Source: Candidatus Saccharimonadota bacterium
GTDB lineage: Bacteria > Pseudomonadota > Alphaproteobacteria > Rickettsiales > Anaplasmataceae
Assembly (NCBI RefSeq): GCF_013365475.1
Contig: NZ_CP046579.1
Coordinates: 210,001-242,000, forward strand
Direction of reading: 5' to 3'
DNA: 32,000 nt
Numbering within the stretch: the stretch's first letter is position 1; each line of letters begins with the position of its first letter. Positions 18,164 through 27,650 of this stretch are shown here, one piece after another. Position numbers and translations under genes: made by a program. The notes under the pieces are model-generated. The model made no database searches. It had not been told where the DNA came from and saw only the letters and a list, made by a program, of their open reading frames with translations.

Positions 18164-19891
18164 GGCTAACAATTTTCTTAAAAGTATTTATTTTTACTTT
18201 CATCATCAAACTTAAACAAAACAGTTTTGGAAATTGAGCCTTCCTTCATTAAGGAAAATAGGACAGCTTCTATATAATGCTCATCTCTTATGAAGTAAGT
18301 GAGCAAAGATTTTGGTTATGCTATTTTTGATGAGAAGGACATGAATATTTAAGCATATGAAAATAGACTCGTAACCTACAGCGTGTGAGGTGTCCAGTCA
18401 ATTTCATCTGATATTTTCTTATTCCTGATTTTATTGACTGAAAGGCATAACAAACAAAAGTGGAATAAGTACGAATGAATTAAAGTACAAATGTTTCCAC
18501 TAAGCTGGTTTCTTTGGTGTATTTCTCTTGCTTTTATATTGTTTCATCAATAGTTATCAATGATATAATAAAAAGTAATTTTGTGGTACCCAAAATAGGC
18601 TGAGTATTTATTGTAGAAAAAATTGAAGGATAATACACTATGATTGATGCTCCTATAAATGTTATTATAACGAAAAACTTACTTTTTTGTGAGAAAATTT
18701 CAAGTCTTGATGTTGCAATGACTAGGTTGCTAACATTTTGACTGAGTGTACTAGTGTATAACTGTATGGTATAAGGTCAAAATCCTATCATCTAACTCGA
18801 TGTTTTTTCATGTAAACCAGTAATTACTTTATTCCAATTAAAAGATTTTTCTTAAAAAACTTTATATTAGGTTTAAAGAATTCTAATCTATTGAAGTAAA
18901 AAAGCTATACTATGTATCTAGGAATTGATGTCATGAAAAAGTAAAGCAGACTTAAAAATTCTGTTTTCAAGAATAGAAAAAAACTTGGTTATCTAAGTCT
19001 ACATTATTCAAAACATAAAAGATATGCTACCAGCCTATATCATCAAAACTAGTGTATTTGATATATTTTTATGTAGAAGTGTACTTTATATAGGTAAAGA
19101 TTTAAATATGATTAAAAGAAAACACAATTTTTTAAGAAGAACAAACTTCCCACTTCCTAAATAGGGATGGGAATAACGTTATTACCTAGTAAAAATAGCA
19201 TATAGAATAGTACAACATTAAAGAATATCTATAAATACCCTAAATTCTAGTGAGAACGGAAAAAGAAAATAATGCACATATCCATGCCATAGAAAATAGG
19301 TAATACAAGGTGCATATGGAGTACTCTAATAAATGTTATGTATAATTAGATATTGCTAGATAATAAAAAAAGAAGAATTTATGGTAATAAACTCCCTTAA
19401 ATTGATTGAGTGATTTAGAAGATGATCTTAACCATGCTCTACAATGTCTAAATAATAGCACCACTGTTAACAGTAAAGATAGCAAGCACACTCACACCAT
19501 TATAATTCTTTATCTCCTTTAGCAGAGAAACATTAATGAAGCTTCTTCAAAGTAAAGATGTTTTAATAAGATCAAAGAAAATAGAGAAGAAATCATGTCA
19601 CACAATTTCTCCTCGCAGAGGAGCTAAAACTAATATAAAAAAATGATAATAAAAGACCTTTGTTAAGAAGAATGAAATAACTGGCTAGTTTAAAAATCTA
19701 ACACTTAAGGGTTTTCTAATGTTAGAACCGTCTTCTTCTAAAACTCTTGCAGGAGTTTTTGATAGGTTTACAACTGAAGTTCTGTATCATTTTAGTATCA
19801 AGTAATATTGTTTATGAAAAATGCATTCTTCTTTTTGGAGCGCACTTACCATGACTTGAAGTTTGCTAAAAGAGATATAGAAAACATATCA
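18164..19891 (-). pseudogene. ORF-free 1.73-kb spacer with frame-broken hydrophobic reading frames: probable relic of a membrane-protein gene (identity unknown)
   Basis: The track lists no ORF of 60 aa or more on either strand. Minus-strand translations give short hydrophobic runs cut by stops. Examples are IFFNVVLFYMLFLLGNNVIPIPI* (19157-19228), GVSVLAIFTVNSGAII* and LYITFIRVLHMHLVLPIFYGMDMCIIFFFRSH*. Confidence 0.25.
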
Positions 19892-20728
19892 CTAATAGCA
19901 CAGTTTTTTTTCCAATTTCTGAAGTTTACAATCAGAACAAACTACTTGACCACGTGAGACTAATTCCAGCTTGCTCATTGGAACTCGATTCGAGCAGGAT
20001 ATACACTCTATTTTGTCACTAGGAGTAAGTAGATTATTAACAGCAATTCTGTCATCAAAAACAAAACATTCGCCTTCCCAATTACCACTCCTATTATTGG
20101 TCTTCTCAAGATAAGAAAGAATACCACCCTTAAGATGGTACACATCGTTAAATCCAATACTTTTTACATAGGCTGTAGATTTTTCACATCTAACTCCGCC
20201 AGTACAATACATAGCTATTTTAAAGTCCTTATTATTTTTAAGGAAAGACTTTGCCCATTGAGGAAATTCACGAAAATATTGAGTGTTTGGGTTGATTGCA
20301 TTCTTAAACTTACCTAGTTTTATTTCGTATTCATTCCGTATATCTATCACTAAAACATCAGGTTGAGAGATAAAATTATCCCAATGTTCCGGGTCAATAT
20401 ATTTACCTCGAAACGAAATATCAAGATCTCTTATTCCTAAGTTTACAATTTCTCTTTTTAATCTTACTTTCATCTTACTAAATGGCTGAAATCTTGCTGT
20501 GCTTTCTTTCCATACAAGATCTTTTAATCTGTAATCGGAACGTAAAAAGTCAAATACTCTATCAATCGCACCTCTCGCACCAGATACAGTCGCATTGATA
20601 CCTTCTTCTGCAAGGAGCACAGTGCCTTTCAACTTAACATTATTGCAGACAGCTCCTATTGCATCTTTCATGTCATAGTAATTAGAGAGTTCTACAAATT
20701 GATAAAAGGTTGCAATTACAAAACTCAT
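19892..20728 (-). CDS. trhO: Rhodanese-domain tRNA uridine(34) hydroxylase TrhO (YceA/UPF0176 family)
   Basis: 278 aa. The rhodanese active-site loop is MYCTGGVRCEKSTAY. The family-typical N-terminal domain (ATFYQF...) and a C-terminal Cys-rich tail (CISCSN...CSDCK) are present. Confidence 0.88.
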   Translation of the reverse strand: MSFVIATFYQFVELSNYYDMKDAIGAVCNNVKLKGTVLLAEEGINATVSGARGAIDRVFDFLRSDYRLKDLVWKESTARFQPFSKMKVRLKREIVNLGIRDLDISFRGKYIDPEHWDNFISQPDVLVIDIRNEYEIKLGKFKNAINPNTQYFREFPQWAKSFLKNNKDFKIAMYCTGGVRCEKSTAYVKSIGFNDVYHLKGGILSYLEKTNNRSGNWEGECFVFDDRIAVNNLLTPSDKIECISCSNRVPMSKLELVSRGQVVCSDCKLQKLEKKLCY

Positions 20729-20889
20729 AACTATTAAACTATTAACTTAAAATATAATATACAAGATTACAAAAGTATTCAATAATATGATCCAGATATC
20801 TTCACCTTTTCATATAGTATTTTAATATTAAGCGTATACTAAACTCAACATCTCTAATGATGTTTAAAATATATTCTTATTCCTAAATA

Positions 20890-20910
20890 AGGACATTATT
20901 TATATGTCCT
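20890..20910. repeat. Inverted repeat / hairpin AGGACAT-N7-ATGTCCT
   Basis: A perfect 7-bp stem (20890-20896 and 20904-20910) with a 7-nt loop, in the topA-trhO spacer. Function is unknown. Confidence 0.5.
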
Positions 20911-21022
20911 ATGTTGTCATTAATATCAATTCTGCTTACAGAATCAGCAAATTCTAGTGTAGTAAAACAGTCATAGTCTACTGCCAGTACTGTTATTAAG
21001 ATATTCTTTTAAGAGTGTATAT

Positions 21023-21039
21023 AGGTTATAATATAACCT
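21023..21039. repeat. 17-nt palindrome AGGTTATA-A-TATAACCT
   Basis: Perfect 8-bp arms around a central A, in the topA-trhO spacer about 300 nt upstream of the trhO start. Function is unknown. Confidence 0.5.
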
Positions 21040-21254
21040 CTGATATTATTTAACATAACTTGCCCTAACGTGCTAATAATTAATGATTATTTCTTAATTA
21101 TAAACCTAGATATATTGATATATTTTATTTATAAAAAACTATGATCTTATATTTTCTAAATATTCATTTTTCATTCCTAATGAAGTCTAAAGCCTTCTTC
21201 AGGTCTATATCCTAAATATCTGCATTCTGAATTAGAACTTCTCTCCCTTTTTCA

Positions 21255-23558
21255 TTAAGTCAAAGAAATTTTTGGTTCTTTTTTTGGATTATTTTCGATA
21301 ATTTGAACAGCTTCATTTAACTTAATTTCTAATACTTCTTTAAGTCTCTTTTTGAGAGGTAAATATTTACTATCATGGAAAATATAGTATCCAAATCTTC
21401 CAAGACCTATCTTTACTTTCTTTCCAGTCTTTGGGTGTTCTCCAATTACTTTTGGCAAAGAAAGTAACTGTACAGCAGTAATCAGATCAATATCATTGAT
21501 ATTCATGTCTTTTGGTATAGACCCTGTTTTTTTCTTTTCTGATTCGCTATTAAATTCTAAATAAAACCCAAAAGGACCTTTTTTGATCACTACTTCTTGT
21601 CCTGTTACATCATCTATACCCAAGCTTTTTGGATATTCTGATTTATCACTATTGCCAGTAACTCCTTTTGTATAATTGCATGCAGGATAATTAGAACATC
21701 CAAGAAATACACTTGCTTTTCCAAAGTTCAGCTTCAATATGCCTCCAGAACAATTAGGACATTTTTTACCTATTTCATTTTTCCTTTTTCCCGAACAAAA
21801 CCAATCAACTGCAAAATCGTGAATACCATTGAAAATTTCATCATGCGTCATTTGTTTGACAGAGTTTACAAGATTGAAAAACGGCACCCAAAAATAGCTT
21901 AGCTCTTTTTTCCAATCTGCATGCCCGTTTGAGATCAGATCAAGCTTCTCTTCCATCTGAGCTGTAAAATCATATTCTATATAACGACGAAAGAAAGTTT
22001 CCAAAAATATGGTAACAATCTTACCACGACTGCTTGGAATAAATCTTTTATTGTTCAGTGTGACATACTCACGATTCTGCAATACTGAAATAATTATTGC
22101 ATAAGTTGATGGACGTCCTATTCCTATTTCTTCCATTTTCTTTACTATACTTGCTTCACTATAACGTAGTGGAGGTTGAGTAAAATGTTGTTTTTGGTCA
22201 ACAGAAATGATCTTGCATATCTCACCCTCTTTCATGGTAGGAAGAAGGATTTCATCCTTATTACCTGTATTATCTTGATAAACTTTATAGAAACCATCAA
22301 AAAATATACTCGAGCCACTTGCTCGTAGAATTATCTTCTGATCAATAGAGCTAATCTCAACTGCTACCTGGTCAAGTATAACTGATTCCATCTGACTTGT
22401 GATGGTTCTTTTCCATATTAAATCGTACAATTTAAATTGATCTGGCGTTAGGTAGCTCTTAATGCTATCTGGAGTCCTATTTATATCAGTTGGACGGATT
22501 GCTTCATGTGCTTCCTGAGCATTTTTGACTTTTTTTACATATTGACGGGGAAGTTTTGGTAAATATTTATCACCATGCAGTGATTTAATCAGCTTTCTGA
22601 TTGAATTTATAGCCTCGCTTTCAATATGGAATCCATCCGTACGCATATAAGTTATTAGTCCAACAGTCTCACCACCAATATCAATGCCTTCATATAAGTT
22701 TTGCGCTATGCGCATAACATTTTTCACATTAAAATGCAACTTATTTACTGCATCTTGCTGAAGACTTGAAGTAATAAACGGAGGAAGTGGATTTCTCTTA
22801 ACTTGCTTCCGCTCTACTGTACTTATGACATATTGTCTTGACTCAACCTCCTTCGCTAAGTTTTCTGCTTTTTCTTGATTCTTAATATCAAATTTTTCTA
22901 ATTTCTTATTGTTATAGTAGCTTAGCACAGCAAAGAACTTCTTATTTTTACTGTTTTGTATTTCTGCTGTTATGTCCCAGTACTCTTGTGATATAAATTT
23001 GTTGATTTCATCTTCACGTTCGCATATAAGCTTGAGCGCAACTGATTGTACTCTCCCTGCAGATTTACTTCCAGATAGTTTCTTCCACAGTAGTGGTGAT
23101 AAATTAAATCCAACCAGATAATCTAAGGCTCTACGTGCCTGCTGTGCACACACTAAGTCCATATTTATTTTACGTGGATTCTTGATTGCCTCTTGTACTG
23201 CTTTTTTTGTTATCTCATTGAGGATTAATCTATGAATGTTGCTTTTATCATTAATTGCTTTCCTTTCCTTTAGTACTTCTACCACATTCCAAGCTATTGC
23301 TTCTCCTTCTCTATCTGGATCTGTTACAAGGTATATATCAGATGTCTTACTCGCTTTTTTGACTAATTCTTTTACATGTTTTTCTGCTTTTTTAATAATC
23401 TCATACTTTATAGTGAAATTGTTATCTGGGTCTACAGAACCGTTCTTCACTGGCAGATCTCTTACATGTCCAAATGATGCAGCTACTTCAAACTCTTTAC
23501 TCAGGTACTTACCTATCGTTTTTGCTTTTGCAGGTGACTCGACTATTAATAATGCCAT
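21255..23558 (-). CDS. topA: DNA topoisomerase I
   Basis: 767 aa. The Toprim N-terminus reads LLIVESPAKAKTIGKYL...FGHVRDLP. The catalytic Tyr region is GLITYMRTDG. The C-terminal Zn ribbon is CPNCSGG...CSNYPAC. Confidence 0.95.
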   Translation of the reverse strand: MALLIVESPAKAKTIGKYLSKEFEVAASFGHVRDLPVKNGSVDPDNNFTIKYEIIKKAEKHVKELVKKASKTSDIYLVTDPDREGEAIAWNVVEVLKERKAINDKSNIHRLILNEITKKAVQEAIKNPRKINMDLVCAQQARRALDYLVGFNLSPLLWKKLSGSKSAGRVQSVALKLICEREDEINKFISQEYWDITAEIQNSKNKKFFAVLSYYNNKKLEKFDIKNQEKAENLAKEVESRQYVISTVERKQVKRNPLPPFITSSLQQDAVNKLHFNVKNVMRIAQNLYEGIDIGGETVGLITYMRTDGFHIESEAINSIRKLIKSLHGDKYLPKLPRQYVKKVKNAQEAHEAIRPTDINRTPDSIKSYLTPDQFKLYDLIWKRTITSQMESVILDQVAVEISSIDQKIILRASGSSIFFDGFYKVYQDNTGNKDEILLPTMKEGEICKIISVDQKQHFTQPPLRYSEASIVKKMEEIGIGRPSTYAIIISVLQNREYVTLNNKRFIPSSRGKIVTIFLETFFRRYIEYDFTAQMEEKLDLISNGHADWKKELSYFWVPFFNLVNSVKQMTHDEIFNGIHDFAVDWFCSGKRKNEIGKKCPNCSGGILKLNFGKASVFLGCSNYPACNYTKGVTGNSDKSEYPKSLGIDDVTGQEVVIKKGPFGFYLEFNSESEKKKTGSIPKDMNINDIDLITAVQLLSLPKVIGEHPKTGKKVKIGLGRFGYYIFHDSKYLPLKKRLKEVLEIKLNEAVQIIENNPKKEPKISLT

Positions 23559-24465
23559 ACTATTTACATTAGTATCCTTTAGTATTTAAAGATAATATGT
23601 TGAGAAATATGTGGTGAAAAGTAAAAAGTATTTAATTTTTATTCTGAATTCACATAGTAAGTTGTTAACTGTTACTAAAATCTTGAATATTTTGGCTTTC
23701 AAATATCTTTAAAAGCTCATTGCAATAATGCTTACCTTGAGGCAAGTGAAAAATTTATTTCAACTTTCTGTTATAGCTGCTAACATTTCTAGGAAGCCTT
23801 TATGCATATTTATTTAACTAAAAATTGTGTCATTATTATTAATCTAGTCATAGAGAATCTTTTCCCTGACATTTTGCAAGTAAAACCTTCGCTTATAGGA
23901 ATATAAGCCATTAAGATCTAAAATATCTAAATGAAATCTAGTAACTAGATCACTTAGGTATTTAAGGTTTGCTAATCTGACATAGCTAAAACTTCTAATT
24001 TTTATTACTAGCATGCCTTCTGACAAATTGGAAAGGAGATTCGTTTTAGTGTAGTAAAGTTAATTTCTATGCTGATTAGATAATATATTTACTGACAGTC
24101 AAGTTTTTAGTACAAGTATTAGCTAATTCATGGTACTACTTTTCACTCAATTTGAAAGTTATTTCAGCAGTTCTTTTAAAGAATTTAATAAATAAAAGTG
24201 GAAAAAACACAAATAACGTTTGTTTTCAACCATGGTATCAGGGCTACCTGAAATACTACTCAAGTATATTTAGCTTATAGTTGTGTAAAAAACCTAGAAT
24301 TCTACGAATGATAAGATGCTAGTTACGTAATACCTTTATCATTATCATTTGACATGCATAATTGAAGCAGACTAAATGCATTACCATTGATGCTTAAATA
24401 GCAGTACAGCTAATTCTGAGATTTATCTAATTATAAAATAAAATAATAGAAGAGTTATAGGAACT

Positions 24466-26184
24466 TCACTCATCCGTGTCACCACTAATATCTTTTATCA
24501 TACTATAATTACCTTTCCTAAACCTACTTTTTAAAGATGCAACTCCACTTTCACTAATTCCACTTAAGCTCAATGCTGCACCACCTAATTGCAGTCCCAT
24601 TTCAGATGTTTCAGGGATAATTTTACTAGCTCCTAAGTCTCTATAAACTTCTACATTACTCAAATCTGGTAAGCGTATTATAATACTTACGTGTGAGAAG
24701 TTTGTTGCAACTAAAGAGATTATTTTCTTTATGGTTACTTCGTTCTTTATTGAGATTACAAGAGCCTGAGCTCTTTCTATTCCTACTGACTTTAAAATTT
24801 CATACCTTGTGGCATCACCAAGGTATATAGGAAAGCTATCGCTTTTTCCTTCTTTAACTATTTTTGATTGAATATCTACAACAACATAGCTTAAGTGTTC
24901 TGCAGTAAGCATTTTTGTTACCATGTATCCTACTCTGCCAAATCCGACAACTATTACATGGTTATAAAGGTCTTGTGTATCCGTTTCAACTGCTTCATCA
25001 TCTAGTATTAATTTTTCAGTGCTAAATAAATTTGCTATCCACTCTCCAAGCCCTGACAAAAGAGGGGTAAAGGCCATAGTTACTGTAGTTACCATCATGA
25101 GTACCTGCGCAACTTCACTTGGTAGCACACCTAGCTCATCTGCTAAGCGGAATAAAATAAATGCAAATTCACTTCCTTGTGCAAGCAATAAGCCAGCTTG
25201 TATGGCAGGTGCACTCCTGAATCTAAAGAACCGACACAGTACGTATATTATAGATGTTTTTGAAATAATGAGTGTAACTGACAGCAAAGTGATCAGTGGT
25301 AATTTGCTAAGTAAAAGATCAATGTTGATAGACATACCGACAGTCATAAAAAATAAGCCAAGAAATAGGTCTTTAAATGGTAGCACTGCATGTTCTACTG
25401 AGTGTCTATGTTCTGTTTCTGCAACTAACAACCCAGCAACAAATGCGCCAAGTGCCATTGATAAGTGAAATTGCTCAGTAATAAATGCTGCTCCTAGTAT
25501 TATTAAGAGTGTTGTCGATATGAAGACTTCGTTGCTTTCCATTTTAGCAATAATTGAAAATAACGGTCTGAGCAATAACCTACCAGTGATAAATATCAGT
25601 ACTAACGCAATAGCTGCTTGTATTAGTGAATCTACTAGGGAATTTATCAAGCTATTTCCAGAATTATTAGTAAGTAATGGCACTAATACTATCAGTGGCA
25701 CTACTGCGAAATCTTGCATTAGTAGTACTGCTATTGATAACCTGCCGACTTGGCTTGCTTGAGAACCTTTTTCCTGTAGAACCTGTAACACTATCGCTGT
25801 TGAGGATAATGCAAGCCCACCACCAATAACTGCTGCCATGTTTGTATTTACCCCAAAAGCAAGAGCAATGCACCATATTGTTACCATAGTCACTATGACT
25901 TGCAGAGATCCAAATCCAAATACATGAATACGCATAGCAATGAGACGTTCGAATGTCAATTCCAGGCCTATGATGAATAGTAAAAAAACTACACCAAATT
26001 CTGCAAAATTATCCATTGCCTTAGCTGAATGTATTAGATTGAATCCATGTGAACCAATCAACGCACCTGCAACAAAATAACCAAGTACTGGGCTGATATT
26101 CATTTTCCAAAATGCTGTGACTATAAATACAGCAGCAGAAAGTAGAATTATAATATCAAATAAATACTGAGAATTGCCATGCAT
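24466..26184 (-). CDS. kefB: CPA2-family K+ efflux / cation:proton antiporter with RCK (TrkA-N) domain, KefB/KefC-like
   Basis: 572 aa. A Na+/H+-exchanger-type membrane domain is followed by a Rossmann-type RCK domain (VIVVGFGRVGYMV). Confidence 0.9.
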   Translation of the reverse strand: MHGNSQYLFDIIILLSAAVFIVTAFWKMNISPVLGYFVAGALIGSHGFNLIHSAKAMDNFAEFGVVFLLFIIGLELTFERLIAMRIHVFGFGSLQVIVTMVTIWCIALAFGVNTNMAAVIGGGLALSSTAIVLQVLQEKGSQASQVGRLSIAVLLMQDFAVVPLIVLVPLLTNNSGNSLINSLVDSLIQAAIALVLIFITGRLLLRPLFSIIAKMESNEVFISTTLLIILGAAFITEQFHLSMALGAFVAGLLVAETEHRHSVEHAVLPFKDLFLGLFFMTVGMSINIDLLLSKLPLITLLSVTLIISKTSIIYVLCRFFRFRSAPAIQAGLLLAQGSEFAFILFRLADELGVLPSEVAQVLMMVTTVTMAFTPLLSGLGEWIANLFSTEKLILDDEAVETDTQDLYNHVIVVGFGRVGYMVTKMLTAEHLSYVVVDIQSKIVKEGKSDSFPIYLGDATRYEILKSVGIERAQALVISIKNEVTIKKIISLVATNFSHVSIIIRLPDLSNVEVYRDLGASKIIPETSEMGLQLGGAALSLSGISESGVASLKSRFRKGNYSMIKDISGDTDE

Positions 26185-26190
26185 GGGATT

Positions 26191-26763
26191 TTAACTAATA
26201 GGATTGAACCATTTAATTGAACACCCAATACTTGATTTTTGGTTATCTGGAGATTTGCCAGTTTCTGCAATAAATTTCATAGCTTTGAATAAATCACTAC
26301 TCCCTATTTTATAGTTTTGAGATTTTTCTTTTTTTACATCGTAAAAACGTCCTCGATAGCAAAGATTTAAATCAGCATTAAAACCAAAGAAATCAGGAGT
26401 ACAAATAGCTTCATACTCCCTTGCTACTTTTTGTGTACTGTCAATCAAGTATGGAAATGAAAATTTGTTTTTCTTAGCAAAATTAATCATGTTTTTAAAA
26501 GAGTCCTCTGGATATTGACTTACATCATTTGGCATCACTGCAACTGTGTTAACTTGGTAATCTTTTTCCAATAAATCAATATCGCTTACTAGGTTGCTAA
26601 TAATCGATTTAACGTAAGGGCAGTGGTTACATATAAACATTACAATAAGACCATTTTTCCCGCGACAATCATTTAACGTGTAGTATTTGTTATTTACTCC
26701 CAAAAGATTAAAATCCTTTGCAGTAAAGCCTAAATTTACCTTAGGGGTATTCAGTGCAATCAT
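26191..26763 (-). CDS. Thioredoxin-fold (AhpC/TSA/TlpA-like) thiol-disulfide protein with a CxxC motif
   Basis: 190 aa. Motifs are MFICNHCPYVKS (CNHC), YPEDSFKNM, FSFPYLIDSTQKVAREYEAICTPDFFGF and SSIGCSIKW. The stop is 6 nt upstream of the kefB ATG. Confidence 0.85.
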   Translation of the reverse strand: MIALNTPKVNLGFTAKDFNLLGVNNKYYTLNDCRGKNGLIVMFICNHCPYVKSIISNLVSDIDLLEKDYQVNTVAVMPNDVSQYPEDSFKNMINFAKKNKFSFPYLIDSTQKVAREYEAICTPDFFGFNADLNLCYRGRFYDVKKEKSQNYKIGSSDLFKAMKFIAETGKSPDNQKSSIGCSIKWFNPIS

Positions 26764-26875
26764 GGCCTAAAAAGAGGAATATATCATATATAGTTTATGA
26801 TTCTGTTGCTTAAATGTCAAATGATTCATATACATGATGACTGCAATATTTTTTATTATTTCAATTTTAGAACTC

Positions 26876-27499
26876 ATGTTTATAACATTTGAAGGAGTGG
26901 ATGGTTCTGGTAAAACGACTCAGTCTAAGTTGCTTGCAAATCATCTTAAGAAAATTCACGGTGAAAATTATGTTATATTAACAAGAGAGCCAGGTGGGAC
27001 TGACTGTGCAGAAAAGGTAAGAATGATCCTTTTAAAGGATAACATTGATCCTATCTCTGAACTTCTGCTATTTGTTTCAATGAGGCATGAGCATATGAAA
27101 AAAATAATATTGCCAGCTATAAGAGAAGGGAAAATAGTGATTTGTGACCGGTTTATTGACTCAACAGTTGCTTATCAAGGGTATGGACTAGGCATTGACT
27201 TAAAACTGATAGAAGATCTTCATGAATTGGCAAAAATTAAATACCCGGATATCACTTTTATTTTAGATATTGATGTAAAAGTAGGATTAGGCAGAGCAAA
27301 AGGGAAAAATAAATATGAAGAGATGGGGATCTGTTTCTATAATAAAGTTAGAAAAGGGTTTCAGGAAATAGCATTAAAAAAACTTAGTAGGTGTCATATC
27401 ATCACTCAAATTGAAGACAAAGATACTTATCAAGTATATAGCGAAGTCTATAATAAAGTCATTATTTCAGGAATTAGCTTTTTTAAAAGCAGAGCCTAA
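26876..27499 (+). CDS. tmk: Thymidylate kinase
   Basis: The start is placed at ATG 26876 (MFITFEGVDGSGKTTQ, the usual Tmk N-terminus with P-loop) rather than the track start at 26834. Other motifs are LTREPGGT and DRFIDSTVAYQG. Confidence 0.92.
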   Translation: MFITFEGVDGSGKTTQSKLLANHLKKIHGENYVILTREPGGTDCAEKVRMILLKDNIDPISELLLFVSMRHEHMKKIILPAIREGKIVICDRFIDSTVAYQGYGLGIDLKLIEDLHELAKIKYPDITFILDIDVKVGLGRAKGKNKYEEMGICFYNKVRKGFQEIALKKLSRCHIITQIEDKDTYQVYSEVYNKVIISGISFFKSRA

Positions 27500-27525
27500 T
27501 TTTTATAAGTGAGCAAAGCTATATG

Positions 27526-27615
27526 CGGACGGAATGGGATTTGAACCCATGGTATGCTCTTATTACATACGTCAGTTTTCAAGACTGGTGCCTTAAACCA
27601 CTCGGCCATCCGTCC
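27526..27615 (-). tRNA. tRNA-Ser, anticodon UGA (class II, long variable arm); CCA not encoded
   Basis: Minus-strand sequence: GGACGGATGGCCGAGTGGTTTAAGGCACCAGTCTTGAAAACTGACGTATGTAATAAGAGCATACCATGGGTTCAAATCCCATTCCGTCCG. The acceptor stem is 7 bp (GGACGGA/TCCGTCC). The D arm is GCC-GAGTGGTTTAA-GGC. The anticodon loop is CTTGAAA. The variable arm is GTATG...CATAC. The T arm is ATGGG-TTCAAAT-CCCAT. The discriminator is G. The architecture parallels E. coli tRNA-Ser(UGA). Confidence 0.93.
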
Positions 27616-27621
27616 ACCTTT

Positions 27622-27650
27622 TTTTTACCACATTGTTCGATTTTAAGCAA
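27622..27650 (-). promoter_or_regulatory. Candidate sigma-70-type promoter for tRNA-Ser (-35 TTGCTT, 17-nt spacer, extended -10 TGGTAAAAA)
   Basis: The minus strand reads TTGCTT (27650-27645), then 17 nt whose last three bases are TGG, then TAAAAA (27627-27622), ending 6 nt before tRNA position 1. The -10 lacks the conserved final T, so this is tentative. Confidence 0.3.

Noticed and set aside
23236-23589. 117-aa plus-strand ORF antisense to the 5' end of topA
   Set aside because: This is a shadow ORF. The topA call on the opposite strand is unambiguous.
24295-24304. Palindrome TAGAATTCTA followed (on the minus strand) by a T run downstream of kefB, considered as a terminator
   Set aside because: With a realistic loop, only 3 bp of stem remain. 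That is too weak to call.
24321-24356. Minus-strand MSNDNDKGIT* reading, considered as a tmRNA tag-like ORF. I also searched by eye through the large spacers for tmRNA, RNase P, SRP RNA and further tRNAs.
   Set aside because: There is no tRNA-like acceptor or T-arm nearby and no terminal LAA/VAA-type tag. I saw no GAGGAAAGTCC-type (RNase P) or GGAAGCAG-type (SRP RNA) motifs anywhere. A covariance-model scan is still needed to exclude ncRNAs.
25019-25468. 149-aa plus-strand ORF, together with the 80-aa ORF at 25520-25762 and the 69-aa ORF at 25667-25876, all inside kefB
   Set aside because: All three lie in alternative frames of a strongly supported membrane-protein gene: the two plus-strand ORFs are antisense and 25667-25876 is a same-strand out-of-frame ORF. 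Their composition mirrors its hydrophobic codons. No independent start or RBS signal is visible.
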